This document shows, in pieces, positions 1 through 13,060 of a DNA stretch of 64,000 nucleotides. Origin of the DNA: Octopus vulgaris. Its lineage: Eukaryota. Position 1 is the stretch's first letter; each line of letters starts with the position of its first letter. The stretch lies in the NCBI GenBank assembly GCA_951406725.2, contig OX597831.1, forward strand, positions 24,180,001 to 24,244,000. The letters are read 5' to 3'. The notes beneath the pieces were generated by a model, which saw nothing but the letters and a program-made list of their open reading frames with translations, was not told the origin of the DNA and did no database searches. Both the position numbers and the translations under genes were made by a program.

Positions 1-134
1 GAGCTCTTTGGAATTTTCTTTATTTATATTTTAAGAACTATAGCCACATTCAAATCTCACCAGTGGGCCAGTAATAACCATGAACATAACTGCTTTTTCC
101 CAAATGAAACTGTTCATACTTGATATTATATATC

Positions 135-580
135 ACCATCATCATCCTCATCATTTAACGTCTATTTTCCATGCTGGCTTGACTGAGGTCTGGAAAGCCA
201 GTGGCTGCACCAGGCTCCAGTGTGATCTGGCAATGTTTCTGCAGCTGAATGCCCTTCCTAATGCCAACCACTCTGAGAGTGTACTGGGTGCTTTTTGCAT
301 GTCACTGGCACAGAAGCCATTCAGGTGGGCCTGGTATCAATCATGTTTGGATAGTGCTTTTTTATGTGCCACCAGCAAGGGAGCCTGACAGGGGGCACTG
401 GCCTCAGTCATGTTTGGATTATATTTTTTACATACCATTGGCGCAGGAGCCATTCAGTGGGCACTGGCATCGGCCATGGCTGGATAGTGCTTTTTACATG
501 TTACTGGCACAGGAGCCAGTCAGTGGGCACTGGCATCGGCTGTGTTAGGACAGTGATTTTTATGTGCTAACGGCACCAGA
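135..580 (-). mobile_element. Family E non-autonomous retroelement with (GAT)n tail and internal ~66-bp tandem units
   Basis: Shares core 'ctggatgcccttcctaa(c/t)gccaaccact' and tail 'catcatcgtttaacgtc' with about ten other copies in the window; 4+ imperfect 66-bp units at 288-577. Confidence 0.8.
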
Positions 581-857
581 TTTTTTTTAGAATAAGCCCA
601 TTATATCTCTACAAGTAGTAAGAGGTGGATGATAACTGGCATCAGGAAACGATGCCTCACCATAATGCCAAGTCTGAAATATCCAAGCCTGCCAGAATGG
701 AAAAGCAGACATCATCATCATCATTGTTATTGCCATCATCATTGTTGTCATCATATCATCATTATCATCATCATCATAGCAATCACCATTGTCATCGATA
801 TCGTCATCATCATCATCATCACTACCACCACCATCAAGAGCATCATCACCACCACCA

Positions 858-1075
858 CCTATTTCTTTACTACCCACAAGGGGCTAAACACAGGGAGGAC
901 AAATGGGTTAAGTCGATAATTCGACCCCAATGCGTAACTGGTACTTATTTAATCGACCCCGAAAGGATGAAAGGCAAAGTCGACCTCGGCGGAATTTGAA
1001 CTCAGAACGTAACGGCAGACGAAATACCGCTCAGCATTTCACCCAGCGTGCTACCGATTCTGCCAGCTCGCCGCC
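858..1075 (-). mobile_element. SINE family B
   Basis: Reverse complement of 'ggcggcgagctggcagaa...gagttcaaattccgccgaggtcgactttgcctttcatcctttcggggtcgat...gtagtaaagaaatag'; B-box-like GAGTTCAAATTCC; about 20 copies in window. Confidence 0.85.
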
Positions 1076-2030
1076 TTCATCACCACCACCACCACCAATA
1101 CCACCATCATCATCATGTGTACGTGTATTTTACACAGGATATTTCACATATATACACGCGATCATTTTTAAATCTAATATTTTCTTTTGTTAATAAGAAG
1201 AATTGGGGGGATGAAAAGAAAAACAAACAACAGAAGGTATAGTGGATTTATTCATTTATTTCAGTAGAAATAGTGCGTTGCTTCTATTTATTGAATTTTT
1301 AGATAATTAAAAATTTCCTGTCTCACAATCTAATATTTTATGAATTAACCTGCGTCAAGATGTATCAATTAAATTTATTATTTCAATAAATATTGGTTAA
1401 TAGTTATTAATCTATTTTAAAGATTTTGTTATAGTTGATAATAAATAACTGAATTTGAAATACGCAGTTGGAGGATATAATAAATTTTATTATTCAACTG
1501 ATGAGTAATTCTTAACTAGATCTTCTTAAACACATTACAAGAACATGGTAGAGTTTTGGCAAGAAAATTCTTCTGGATCTAATTTTATTTTGCTGTGATG
1601 TTGGTTTTTATATCTGCTGAGCATCAATTTTTTGCCTTTGATATATAATAATGTGTTATACCATTCTGTAACTGAAATTGTGCATTGGTGTATCCATCAC
1701 TGTTATCTTTCACTGATAAAATGTATACGAGTTAGTTGTGAATCCAAGAAACTAGTGGAACATTTTAGACCTACTAGAAATAGCAACCAAATCTCCTCCA
1801 AATTGGCTTGCTGGTGGGGAGATGGATCGCTGCTGCCTCTAGCTGTCGAGTGTCCATCATTGACGAGACCAAACAAGGTTGAAATCACATGATCTGGTGG
1901 TCTTGGCACTGGAGATAGTGAGTATTTATCTCCCTGTTATCGATTAAAACAAGAATGCATTTTGTACCAAAAACCCAATATGAGAGTTTCTCTCGTGGTA
2001 AATACTGCAGTATAATTTGTTCTAACAGAA

Positions 2031-2391
2031 CAGTAGTTCTCAACCAGGGTTCATATGGCCCTTAAGAGCCAATATGACCGCTGCTGGTTTATATGAGATT
2101 TTCTTGGGTCCAAGCAACAAATGAGTAAATTGGGGATTCACAATAGTATTTTAAGGGCCCCTGAAAAAATTTTACTTTAGATATATGTATCGGTATGTAT
2201 TACAATAAACAGGTTTCTTTCTTAAGCATTTTACAGAGTTCAAACAACACAAATTGATGCTCGAAAATCAAAATAGGAATTTTGAAAGACCTCTCTATAA
2301 AACTAGTTTTTAAACATTGAATGGATTGGGGAGGGGCACCAGAACAAAATAGTAATCAAAGGGGTCCATAGATAAAAAATGGTTGAGAACC
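2031..2391. mobile_element. hAT-like MITE (empty form)
   Basis: Terminal inverted repeats cagtagttctcaacc / ggttgagaacc of the CAGTGGTTCTCAA type known from hAT/Charlie MITEs; homologous to 34262-35404 and 62561-63552. Confidence 0.7.
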
Positions 2392-2673
2392 TATTTATTT
2401 ATGTGGGGATGAATATTGATTTCCAATTTTGGCACGAGGCCTGCCAGTTCAGGAGAGCAGGTAAGTCAATTACATTGACCCCAGTGCTCAACTGGTACTT
2501 ATTTTATTGACCATGAGAGAACATGAAAAGCAAAGTTGATCTTGGGTGTATTTGAACTCAAAACATAAAGATGGGCAAACTGTCATTAAGCAATTTACCT
2601 AGCATGCTAACGATTCTGCCAGCTCGCCAAAATAGTATTTCTCAGTTTTAATACTGCCTCTGTCACTAATGTA

Positions 2674-3281
2674 TCTATTATATAAAATCCATTCTGTCTG
2701 TCTGTGTGTATGTCTTTTAGGATCTCGGGCATCCTCCATCCGATTGCGCTCAAATTTGATATGTAGATACCGACGGTATCAGGGCATGTATAAGTCTTGA
2801 AAAAATTACAAAAATCGATTCCAGGTGAGAATGTGATCGATAAAGCCGTGGAACGTGCATTTGTATGTGCAAGTACATCAGCTGTTGTGATGTACTTACT
2901 GGTACTTTAAACTCTTTGGTTACCTATTTGTGTGATAAAATCGTTTTTCTTTGTTTTTGTACTGCTTAAATGCACATTTCTTTCCTGCCAAGCTTACTGT
3001 TTAAACCATGTTTGTGCTCCCCCAGTCAACAGCCTTATCATTACTGGTGCTTTAAACTCCTCGGATCCATATTTGTGTGAATAAAATCGTTTTTCTTTGG
3101 AATAGAAAAGAAGTCTATCTTTATTCCTTCTTTTGCTGGTGTCTCAAATTTAGGTTAGATCAGTGTTTCTCAAAGGGGGGAGGCCTATGAGACGGTCGGA
3201 CAAGTTGTTTTGAGAAAATTTGATTTAAATATTTGACAACTCAGCACCGTCTATTGGTCAGGGGGTGGGGCGTTTTGCTCG
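2674..3281 (+). mobile_element. Non-autonomous Helitron-like element
   Basis: A|TC start 'tctattatataaaa', short (CTGT)n, 'ccgattgcgctcaaatttg' motif, G-rich subterminal tract, ends 'ctcg|t'; internal ~58-bp direct repeat (2896-2955 vs 3041-3099); 3' part recurs at 17642-17795. Confidence 0.6.
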
Positions 3282-3498
3282 TACTTACTAAAATGATAAT
3301 ACAGCCCAGGCACCTTCACAAGGGCCCTTTCAGAGGCTTCAAGATCAAAAGCTTGCATGGAATGAGCAACACTGTGCACTTCTCAGATTTTGACAATTTG
3401 TGCTGAGTTTCCTTTACAGTGTATTATGAATTCTTTGCCTGAGAGTCGAGTTGATATATGCAATTAAAAATATAAATATTAAATACCCAGCACATAAC

Positions 3499-3922
3499 AG
3501 GCGCAGGAGTGGCTGTGTGGTAAGTAGCTTGCTAACCAACCACATGGTTCCGGGTTCAATCCCACTGCGTGGCATCTTGGGCGAGTGCCTTCTGCTATAG
3601 CCCCGGGCCGACCAATGCCTTGTGAGTGGATTTGGTAGACGGAAACTGAAAGAAGCCTTTCGTATATATGTATGTGTGTGTATGTGTGTGTATGTGTTTG
3701 TGTGTATGTGTTTGTGTGTCTGTGTTTGTCTCCCTAGCATTGCTTGACAACCGATGCTGGTGTCTTTATGTCCCCGTCACTTAGCGGTTCGGCAAAAGAG
3801 ACCGATAGAATAAGTACTGGGCTTACAAAGAATAAGTCCCGGGGTTGATTTGATCGACTAAAAGGCAGTGCTCCAGCATGGCCGCAGTCAAATGACTGAA
3901 ACAAGTAAAAGAGTAAAAGAGT
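3499..3922 (+). mobile_element. SINE family A, full length, internal (TA)/(TG) microsatellite
   Basis: tRNA-like head (A box 'tggctgtgtggtaa', B box 'gggttcaatccc'), 'cttgggc(a/g)agtg' CORE-like segment, tail 'gaaacaagtaaaagagtaaaagag'. Confidence 0.9.
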
Positions 3923-4144
3923 ATAACACTATACCCAGTGTAAATCAGATCTACTTGTGAAGATGGAAGACCAAAAAACATCTGCGCCAAATACTCGTAC
4001 AAACACATTTTAGTCTAGAACAATCTTAGATGTAGTCAGTTGGCTTGTTTAATGTTATTACTAAATTGCCTTCAACAAACTCATTACAACATTTCAACAT
4101 TTTCGCCAAAAATTTTGGATAATTTTTTTTTTTTTTTTTTTTTA

Positions 4145-4535
4145 GTTGTCATTGCTGATGTCATTGTCGTCATCATTGTCATCATCATTATCATCATCAT
4201 CATCATCATCACTAACACAGCTACAACTACATCATAGCTATGCCAACATCATCACTACCTGATTCTATCACTACCACCCCTACCATACCTCCACCACTAC
4301 CATACCTCCACCACTACCACCACCACCACCACCACCACCACCACCACCACCACCACCACTACCACCACCACCACCACCACCACCACCACCACCACCACCA
4401 CCACCACCACCACCACCACCACCACCACCACCACCACCACTACCACCACCACCACCACCTCCACCACTACCACTACCACCACCACCACCACCACCACCAC
4501 TACCAGCTTCATCATAATCATCGTTACCATCTTCA
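4145..4535. repeat. Compound (CAT)n/(CAC)n microsatellite
   Basis: Direct reading. Confidence 0.95.
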
Positions 4536-4735
4536 TCTGAGAAAATTGAAATGACATAACAATGTGGTCTAAACTAAAAATGTCTGAGAAAAAAAAAACA
4601 TATGATGGAGAGGCCATAAATGGAACGTCTTTGAACAGAAGACTGCTGAATCATGGCACACTTAGTGGCGAAGCAACAATAGTTCACACGCACACACACT
4701 CACCATATATTGACATGTAAACATATCGGCACATA

Positions 4736-5242
<507 letters not shown>

Positions 5243-5409
5243 ACATACACGCATACAGAAGTGTGCATATTTGTAAGAATGTTTACTAGTATAATGAACC
5301 AGTATTCCAAACAGTTCTGTTTAACATATCTATGTCAACACATTCAGTGAAAGACAAGTTACTGGATCTGCTAGAAACAGCAACCAAGTTCTTCTCAAAT
5401 TGCATGGCT

Positions 5410-5990
5410 CTCATGCTGGTGGCACATAAAAATCCCCATCTAAACATGGTCGATGCCATATCTGCCTGACTGACTCCTGTGCCAGTGGCACATAAAAAGC
5501 ACCATCCAAAAGTGGAAGATGCCAGTGCCCTTCGACTGGCTCCCGTACCAGTGGTGAGCTGGTAGAAACGTTAGCACGCCGGGCGAAATGCTTAGCGGTA
5601 TTTCGTCTGCATTACGTCGTGAGTTCAAATTCCGCTGAGGTCGCTTTGCCTTTTGTCTTTTCGGGGTCGATAAATTAAGTACCAGTTACATACTGGGGTC
5701 GATGTAATCGACTTAATACCTATGTCTGTCCTTGTTTGTCCCCCTCTGTGTTTAGCCCCTTGTGGGTAATAAAGAAATAGGTATATAAAAAGCACTATCC
5801 GAATGCGATTTATGCCAAGCGCGTTTGACTGGCTCCTGTGTCGGTGGCACACTTGAAATGCACCCATTACACTCTCGGAGAGGCTGGTGTTAGGAAGGGC
5901 ATCCAGCTGTAGAAACGTTACCAGATCAGATTGGAGCCCGGTGCAGCTGCTGGCTTTCCAGACCCCATTCAAACCGTCCAAGCCAAGCCA
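5410..5990 (+). mobile_element. Family E element with nested family B SINE (about 5551-5782)
   Basis: E tandem units on both sides of an intact B copy; E core 'taggaagggcatccagctgtagaaac' at about 5890. Confidence 0.8.
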
Positions 5991-6162
5991 TGAATTTAAT
6001 CATAGTCCTGTTGGGCCAAAGTTAGCAACAACTAAGCATCAACAATTGTTGAACATTCAACCATTCGAAGTCCTGCTATAGAAACGTGTGTAGAAACGTG
6101 TGTAGTTCTGGATGTGCATCCATGAGAATGGTGAATCCCATTGCTTGAAATAATTGCTCCAA

Positions 6163-6655
6163 ATACTACTACTACTAAAACTACTGCTAATACTACTACT
6201 ACTACTACTATTAAAACTACTGCTGCTGCTACTACTACTACTACTACTACTACTGCTACTAAAATTACTGCTGCTGCTGCTGCTACTACTACTAAAATTA
6301 CTGCTGCTGCTGCTGCTACTACTACTACTACTACTACTATTACTGCAACTGCTGCTGCTGCTACAACTAAAACAACTGCTACGACTACTACTATTAAAAA
6401 AAAAGACTGCTATTACTACTACTACTACTACTACAAAAGCTACTACTACTACTACTACTATTAAAACTGCCACCACTATTACTACTACTACTACTACCAC
6501 CACTACCACCACCACTACTACAACCACATCCGCTGCCGCCATCCACCACCACCACCACCACCGCTACTGTAATTCACAAGATACATCTCCGCATCATCAT
6601 CATCAGCATCATCATCATCATTGTCATTGTCGTCGTCGTCATCGTCATCACTGCT
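6163..6655. repeat. Compound (CTA)/(CTG)/(CAC)/(CAT) trinucleotide tract
   Basis: Direct reading; source of the poly-L/T/S ORFs. Confidence 0.95.
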
Positions 6656-7490
6656 GCCATCTGATTGACAAAGATATACAGAAATATCCACACGGATTAA
6701 GATATTCTGCTGTCACAGCATTTTCTACACTGATATCATGGCATCATTCAGATTGTATTACGCTTGATAGTTAAATAGCAATATATATATAAAAGTGTGT
6801 GTGTGTATACATGTGTGTGTGTAGCAAGAGTGTGTAGTTAATATGTGTATGTGTGTGTAATACATATTCACTATTATATATTGTGTGCGAATGTTGATGT
6901 AAGTGTATGTAGAAATATGGTAATGTATACACCCAACAAAAATAATTCGAAGGAGCATACATCAACAAGTATCATTCCCATACATAGATGCATGATGTTT
7001 GCTGCTATGCATGTATGTATGTATGCATGTTTGTATATATATATGTGTATGTATATAGATAACAGTATCAGTAGAGTCGGAAGAAAAACCCTCAAACACA
7101 TACACCGGCTAAACTTAGGTACATGAGCATGTGTCTTTCCTTCTTTCTCTCTCTCACTTTTGGCATATATATAAAGCATGCAAATATACATTCATGTACA
7201 CACACACGTATGTATGTATGCATATATGTGTGTGTGTGCGTGTGTGTATATATATGTATGCATGTTTGTAAATATATATGTCTGTGTATACATACATATA
7301 TATATATATGTATATGTTTATGTATGTATATATGTATATATGTATATATACATATATATGTATGTATATATATATACATATACATAAAAATAAAAAAGAT
7401 TGAAAAACTACTCTTTTTTATTTTTTATACATCCAACCACATGGTTTCACATACCAACTTTCACCAATATATATATATATTTACTCTCTA

Positions 7491-7881
7491 ACTCTTTTAC
7501 TTGTTTCAGTCATTTGACTGTGACCATGCTGGAGGCACCATCTTTACTCGAACAAATCAACCCCAGTACTTATTCTTCGTAAGCCTAGTACTTAATCTAT
7601 TGGTCTGTTTTGCTGAACCGCTAAGTTATGGGTACATAAACACACCAGCATTTGTTGTCAAGCACACAGTTATACACACACAGTTATACAAATATATATA
7701 TATATATATATGTATATACAATAAGCTTTTTCAGTTTCTGTTTACCAAATCCACTCACAAGGCATTATTCAGCTCAAGGCTATAGTAGAAGACATTTGCC
7801 AAAGGTGCCACACATTGGGACTGAACCCGGAACCATGTGGTTGGTAAGCAATCTACTTACTACACAGCCACTCCCGCACCT
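7491..7881 (-). mobile_element. SINE family A
   Basis: Homologous to other A copies. Confidence 0.85.
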
Positions 7882-8414
7882 ACAAATTCTTTCCACATTT
7901 GGCAACCAGTACTTCATCTAAACACATCATATACCAATGCACAAACTCTCTGAAACATTATTATCTACAAGAAGTAAGACGAAAAAGAAGAATGAAGATT
8001 ATTACATCATAACGAAAACGATATGAGGGAAATTACTGCTAGAAAACTTGAGGTTTCATTGTTGCATACATAAAACCATGACGTAAAAGGATTAAGAAAT
8101 TGAAGAATTTTGAGAATACGAAAAATCATTACCAAAAAAAAATAAAAAGTAAAGAAAAGGATTTTAATGTTTGAGTAAATAAAATCAGTCAAGAAGCAGG
8201 TAACACACAAAATATAATCAAATAAGTCAAAATGTTTTTCTGCTTAAAATGCAATATATTTCAGTAAAAAGTTATAATGCAAGAACTTGGATGCATGTCG
8301 GCAAGATTTCGGTAATTCTGATTCCTGGATCATGGCAAAGTCTTGTGAAAGAATGAAACTCACTAGAGTGGACTATGGTCCATGTTGATATGGAGTTGTA
8401 GTTATGTCTACTCT

Positions 8415-8580
8415 ACTCGCAATACCAGAGCGTGCACACTCTCCTACCCTGATGTAATCTCCAGGGATACAGGCATCCAGCAACAGGACCTCCGTAATGC
8501 TATGATGGACCGTGAAGTCTGGCGTAACATAGTAAATTCCATTGTCTCGACCACGGTCGAACAATGATGATTATGATGTG
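8415..8580 (+). mobile_element. 3' end of an RTE-type LINE
   Basis: Translation TLSYPDVISRDTGIQQQDLRNAMMDREVWRNIV matches the usual RTE C-terminal '...DRxxWRxxV' pattern; stop followed directly by a (TGA)n tail. Confidence 0.7.
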
Positions 8581-8924
8581 GTTGTGTGTTCTAAAATTAA
8601 AAAAAAGTGTTTTCTTAAAGGGAAGGGTACTGTATTCCTTCAGATACTAGATGTATTTGGACGAACTCATGGAAAAACCTTGGGAATAGCTGTGATGCAT
8701 GCAATTAAAGGTACGAGGTTGTGTAACATTATTGATATAGGTAGGAGTGGTTGGTGCTAGGAAGGGCATCCAACCATAAAAACCATGCCAAAATATACAG
8801 CAAAACGGGGTGTAGTTTTCTGCCTGGCCAGTTGCTGTGAAACCATCCAACCCATGCCTGCATGGAAAGCGAGTAATACATGATGTTGATGATGATGATG
8901 ATGATGACAATGGCCATGACGCCG

Positions 8925-9081
8925 AGAAGGGGGAGAGGGAGGAGGAGAGGGGGAGGAGAAGCAGGAGGGGGAGGAGGGGGAGGGGGTGATGGAGATGAGG
9001 GAGGCAGGAGGGGAGGAGTGGTGAGGGATTGAGGGGGGAGGGGAGATAGAGGGATGAGGAGGAGTAGGAGGAGGGGGAGGG
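8925..9081 (+). repeat. G-rich polypurine (GGA/GGGA) tract
   Basis: Direct reading; many G3+ runs, so G-quadruplex or H-DNA potential. Confidence 0.85.
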
Positions 9082-9519
9082 CCATTTATCATTATAGCAA
9101 CTGACGGAATATGCAATGTTTTTATAGGAATAGTTAAGTTTTAATTTTAACATGGCTCTCTTGAAGATCTTACAATATCATATGGGAAATGCTGAGGTAC
9201 TAAATTTAGGAATTTCCTACTTAAACCTTACATTAAAGCAGAAAGTTGGGGCTAAGCCACAGAGTGCTTTTGGTTCTACGAGTATTCCAGCTTCAAGACT
9301 CACTGCAACGAGCTATATATAATGGATCTGAGCTACAAAACTGTTTTGAAGTATGTTTCGTCACATTTTACGATAGTTTTTCTGGGTTTTTTTCCTATTT
9401 ACTGTTTTAGATATAATTATCTATATGTGTGTGTTTGGATGCGGGTATATATGCTATATGCGTATGTGTGTTAGCATTAACTTTTAAAGGTTTCTCTCAA
9501 TTTGATATGCAGTTTACAT

Positions 9520-9551
9520 TATATTACATACATATATGTAATATATATATA

Positions 9552-9602
<51 letters not shown>

Positions 9603-9621
9603 GCATATATATATATATATG

Positions 9622-9662
<41 letters not shown>

Positions 9663-9860
9663 GTATATATGTATATATATATTTATGTATATGTATATTT
9701 ATATGTATATGTATATATATATGTATGTATATATGTATGTATATATATGTATATATATATGTATATATATATATATATGTATAGATGTATGTATATATAT
9801 CTGTATGTGTATATATATATAGATAGATATATATACATATATGTGTGTGTGTGTGTATAC

Positions 9861-9918
<58 letters not shown>

Positions 9919-9935
9919 GGAGAGAGGGAGAGAGA
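9520..9935. repeat. Long degenerate (AT)n/(GTAT) tract ending in (AG)n
   Basis: Direct reading. Confidence 0.95.
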
Positions 9936-10834
9936 TACACAAGTAACAAGATGTATTACTAGGCTGCTGTTGTATCAACGTGTTAATGTTTGGTTGTACT
10001 TTCATTGCTAATCTTCCCTTTTTTGATGGAATTCCATACAAGATGTTGGTATTCTTGACTGATGTTTTATTTTCTTTATCAATTTAGGTTTCGCAGTTCT
10101 GTTGTATAATGTACTGCAGTGCCTCCTTATCAACATAAATCCACAAACCTATAAATCACAGAATGTACTTCAGATAATCAATGTATTACAAAAAAATCTC
10201 TCTCTGGAAACATGAAACTTGCACAATTCCTGATGCCAAATGTTATGATGGACACGCATTCAACATTTTTTCCCATCAGCTGACCATGCATTCACAAGGA
10301 ACCAATGCAACATATTTCAATGCAGAGCATGGAATGCCGACTAAATGGAAAAGCATTAGTTGATAACCCAAGCCTCGTATATAAGATTCCACACACACAC
10401 ACTCACACACGCAGGGGAAGATTAATGGCAAATACTACACAAAGATTTGAAAAAATATAAAGATATAAAACCCTTGAAAAAAAAACAAAACAAAGAACAC
10501 TTTCTGATTGTTTGATGAGTTTTAAATCTAACGATGATTATATCATCTGTAATGACAAATTTCCTTGATGCTAGCTTCCTTCTGTAAAAAAAAAAAATCA
10601 ACAACAATAAAATCAAAAGTAATACTGTTAACAACTAACTACTTCATCATGAAGATAAAAACTGATATGGTTTAGAAATGCTAATGGACCTTGGATCTTT
10701 ATTATTCTCAACTAAGTCATAAAGAAATGAAAGGAGTCATTAATAAAAGGGATCAAACTCAAACATGGTCATGTTCAAAATATAAAACGCTTCAAAGAAA
10801 AGGTGTTATCTATATTACACAACAATATGCATAC

Positions 10835-10917
<83 letters not shown>

Positions 10918-10920
10918 ATT

Positions 10921-11030
10921 ATTATTATCAAGTTAGATAACAGAGAGATCTAATGGATACAAATTAATTTATTAATTAATAAATTAATTTGTATCCATTA
11001 GAACTCTCTGTTTTCTAACTTGATAATAAT
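10921..11030. repeat. 110-bp near-perfect palindrome with no spacer
   Basis: attattatcaagttagataacagagagatctaatggatacaaattaatttattaa followed by its reverse complement with two mismatches. Confidence 0.92.
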
Positions 11031-11177
11031 ATTTGATATTTATATTTTATGATATTTTATATAATATATTCATTGAAGAAATGTCTCTTCAAAATATAAT
11101 ATATTGAACCAGTGTACCTTGGATAAAAATATCCCTATGAGCAGTTTAAATACTCTCACTGTAACTATATACATATA

Positions 11178-11540
11178 TATGGCACGTAAAAAGCACCATT
11201 CAAGTGGGATCATTATCAGTGTTGCCATACTGACATGTGAAAAAAAAAATTCGAGCGAGGTTGTTGCCAGTGCCGCTGGACTGGCTCCTGTGCAGATAAC
11301 ACTTAAAAAACACCATTTGAGCATGGCCGTTGCTAGTACCGCCTGACTGGCCCTCATGCCGGTGGCACATAAAAGCATCCACTACACTCTCAGAGTGGTT
11401 GGCATTAGGAAGGGCATCCAGCTGTAGAAACTCTGCCAAATCAGATTGGAGCCTGGTGCAGCCATCTGGTTCGCCAGTCCTCAGTCAAATCGTCCACCCC
11501 ATGCTAGCAGGGAAAGTGGACGTTAAACCATGATGATGAT
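11178..11540 (+). mobile_element. Family E element
   Basis: Tandem units, core and 'gttaaaccatgatgatgat' tail. Confidence 0.8.
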
Positions 11541-11655
11541 GTTGATATATATATATATATATATATACCAATTATATACTATTTATTTATTATTTTGTAC
11601 TTTACTTAATTATTGGTATATGTTTTATCGTATATTTAATTTTTTTCTATACGAT

Positions 11656-11827
11656 AGGCGCAGGAGTGGCTGTGTGGTAAGTAGCTTGCTAACCAACCAC
11701 ATGGTTCCGGGTTCAGTCCCACTGCGTGGCATCTTGGGCAAGTGTCTTCTGCTATAGCCCCGGGCCGACCAATGCCTTGTGAGTGGATTTGGTAGACGGA
11801 AACTGAAAGAAGCCTGTCGTATATATG

Positions 11828-11858
<31 letters not shown>

Positions 11859-12075
11859 ATGTGTTTGTGTGTCTGTGTTTGTCCCCCTAGCATTGCTTGG
11901 CAACCGATGCTGGTGTGTTTACGTCCCCGTCACTTAGCGGTTCGGCAAAAGAGACCGATAGAATAAGTACTGAGTTTACAAAGAATAAGTCCCGGGGTCG
12001 ATTTGCTCGACTAAAGGCGGTGCTCCAGCATGGCCGCAGTCAAATGACTGAAACAAGTAAAAGAGTAAAAGAGAG
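11656..12075 (+). mobile_element. SINE family A, full length
   Basis: Near-identical to 3499-3922. Confidence 0.9.
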
Positions 12076-12168
12076 TAAGAGATATGATTTAATTATATCA
12101 TTGTAATTTCATTGTTGAATTGGTACATGGTGGTTCTTCTCTAATCTATTTACATATATGTCTATATA

Positions 12169-12211
<43 letters not shown>

Positions 12212-12654
12212 AGAGAGAAACATATAGGGAGAAAAAGAGAGTGAAAGAGGAGAAAGATTTATTCAAGTGTTGTGCATGTCATATGATGATATTGTTGCAT
12301 AGATGTGTGTACAGAACATTGAGTGGGGCTCAGTCAGTTTGTTCTTAAATACTAACAGCTCCAGCCATGTCTTGAATGCTACTCTCTTTTGTTTGTTTAC
12401 CTATCTGCATATATATGCACATAGGAATAGGCTCACACACACACATGCACACAGATACACATGCACATACGCACACACACTCATGCACACATGTATGCAC
12501 GCCCGCACACATGCACACACACATATAGACACATGGAATCCAGCTTTATCGAACTCATAAAAAGCAGTTTCAGTTGACACAGGTTTGGCAAATCTAGCCA
12601 TTTGCAGAAATACATTTTGTTCCAAAAATTACTCATCCTGAAGTAGCCCATCAT

Positions 12655-13060
12655 GTCATCATCACCATCATCATCATCATCATCATCGTTTAACGTCCGT
12701 TTTCCATGCTAGCATGGGTTGGTCGGTTCGATCAGGGTCTGAGAAGCCAGGAGGCTGCATCAGGCTCCAGTCTGATCTGGCAGTGTTTCTACAGCTGGAT
12801 GCCCTTCCTAATGCCAACCACTTCGTGAGTGTAGTGAGTGCTTTTTACGTGCCACTGGCACAGGTGCCAGGGGAGGCTGGCATCGGCCATGATCAGTTGA
12901 TGCTTTTTACATGCCACTGGCACAGGCGCCAGTCAAGGTGGCGCTAGCATCGGCCACATTCGGATGGTGCATTTTACGTGCCACCAGCACAGATATCACA
13001 ACTACAATTTCCATTTGATTTTTTGATGTTGATGTACTTGACTCAGTAGGTCTCCACAAG
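12655..13060 (-). mobile_element. Family E element
   Basis: (CAT)n tail, core, tandem units. Confidence 0.8.

Noticed and set aside
3414-3740. Recurring peptides such as [18 protein letters not shown] and IDPERMKGKVDLGGI that look like a gene family
   Set aside because: They are translations of SINE A and SINE B copies
9429-10041. YI-repeat ORFs here and at 13.2-13.9, 22.3-22.9, 30.1-30.7 and 61.5-62.3 kb
   Set aside because: (AT)n and (GT)n tracts contain no stop codons; there is no coding signal
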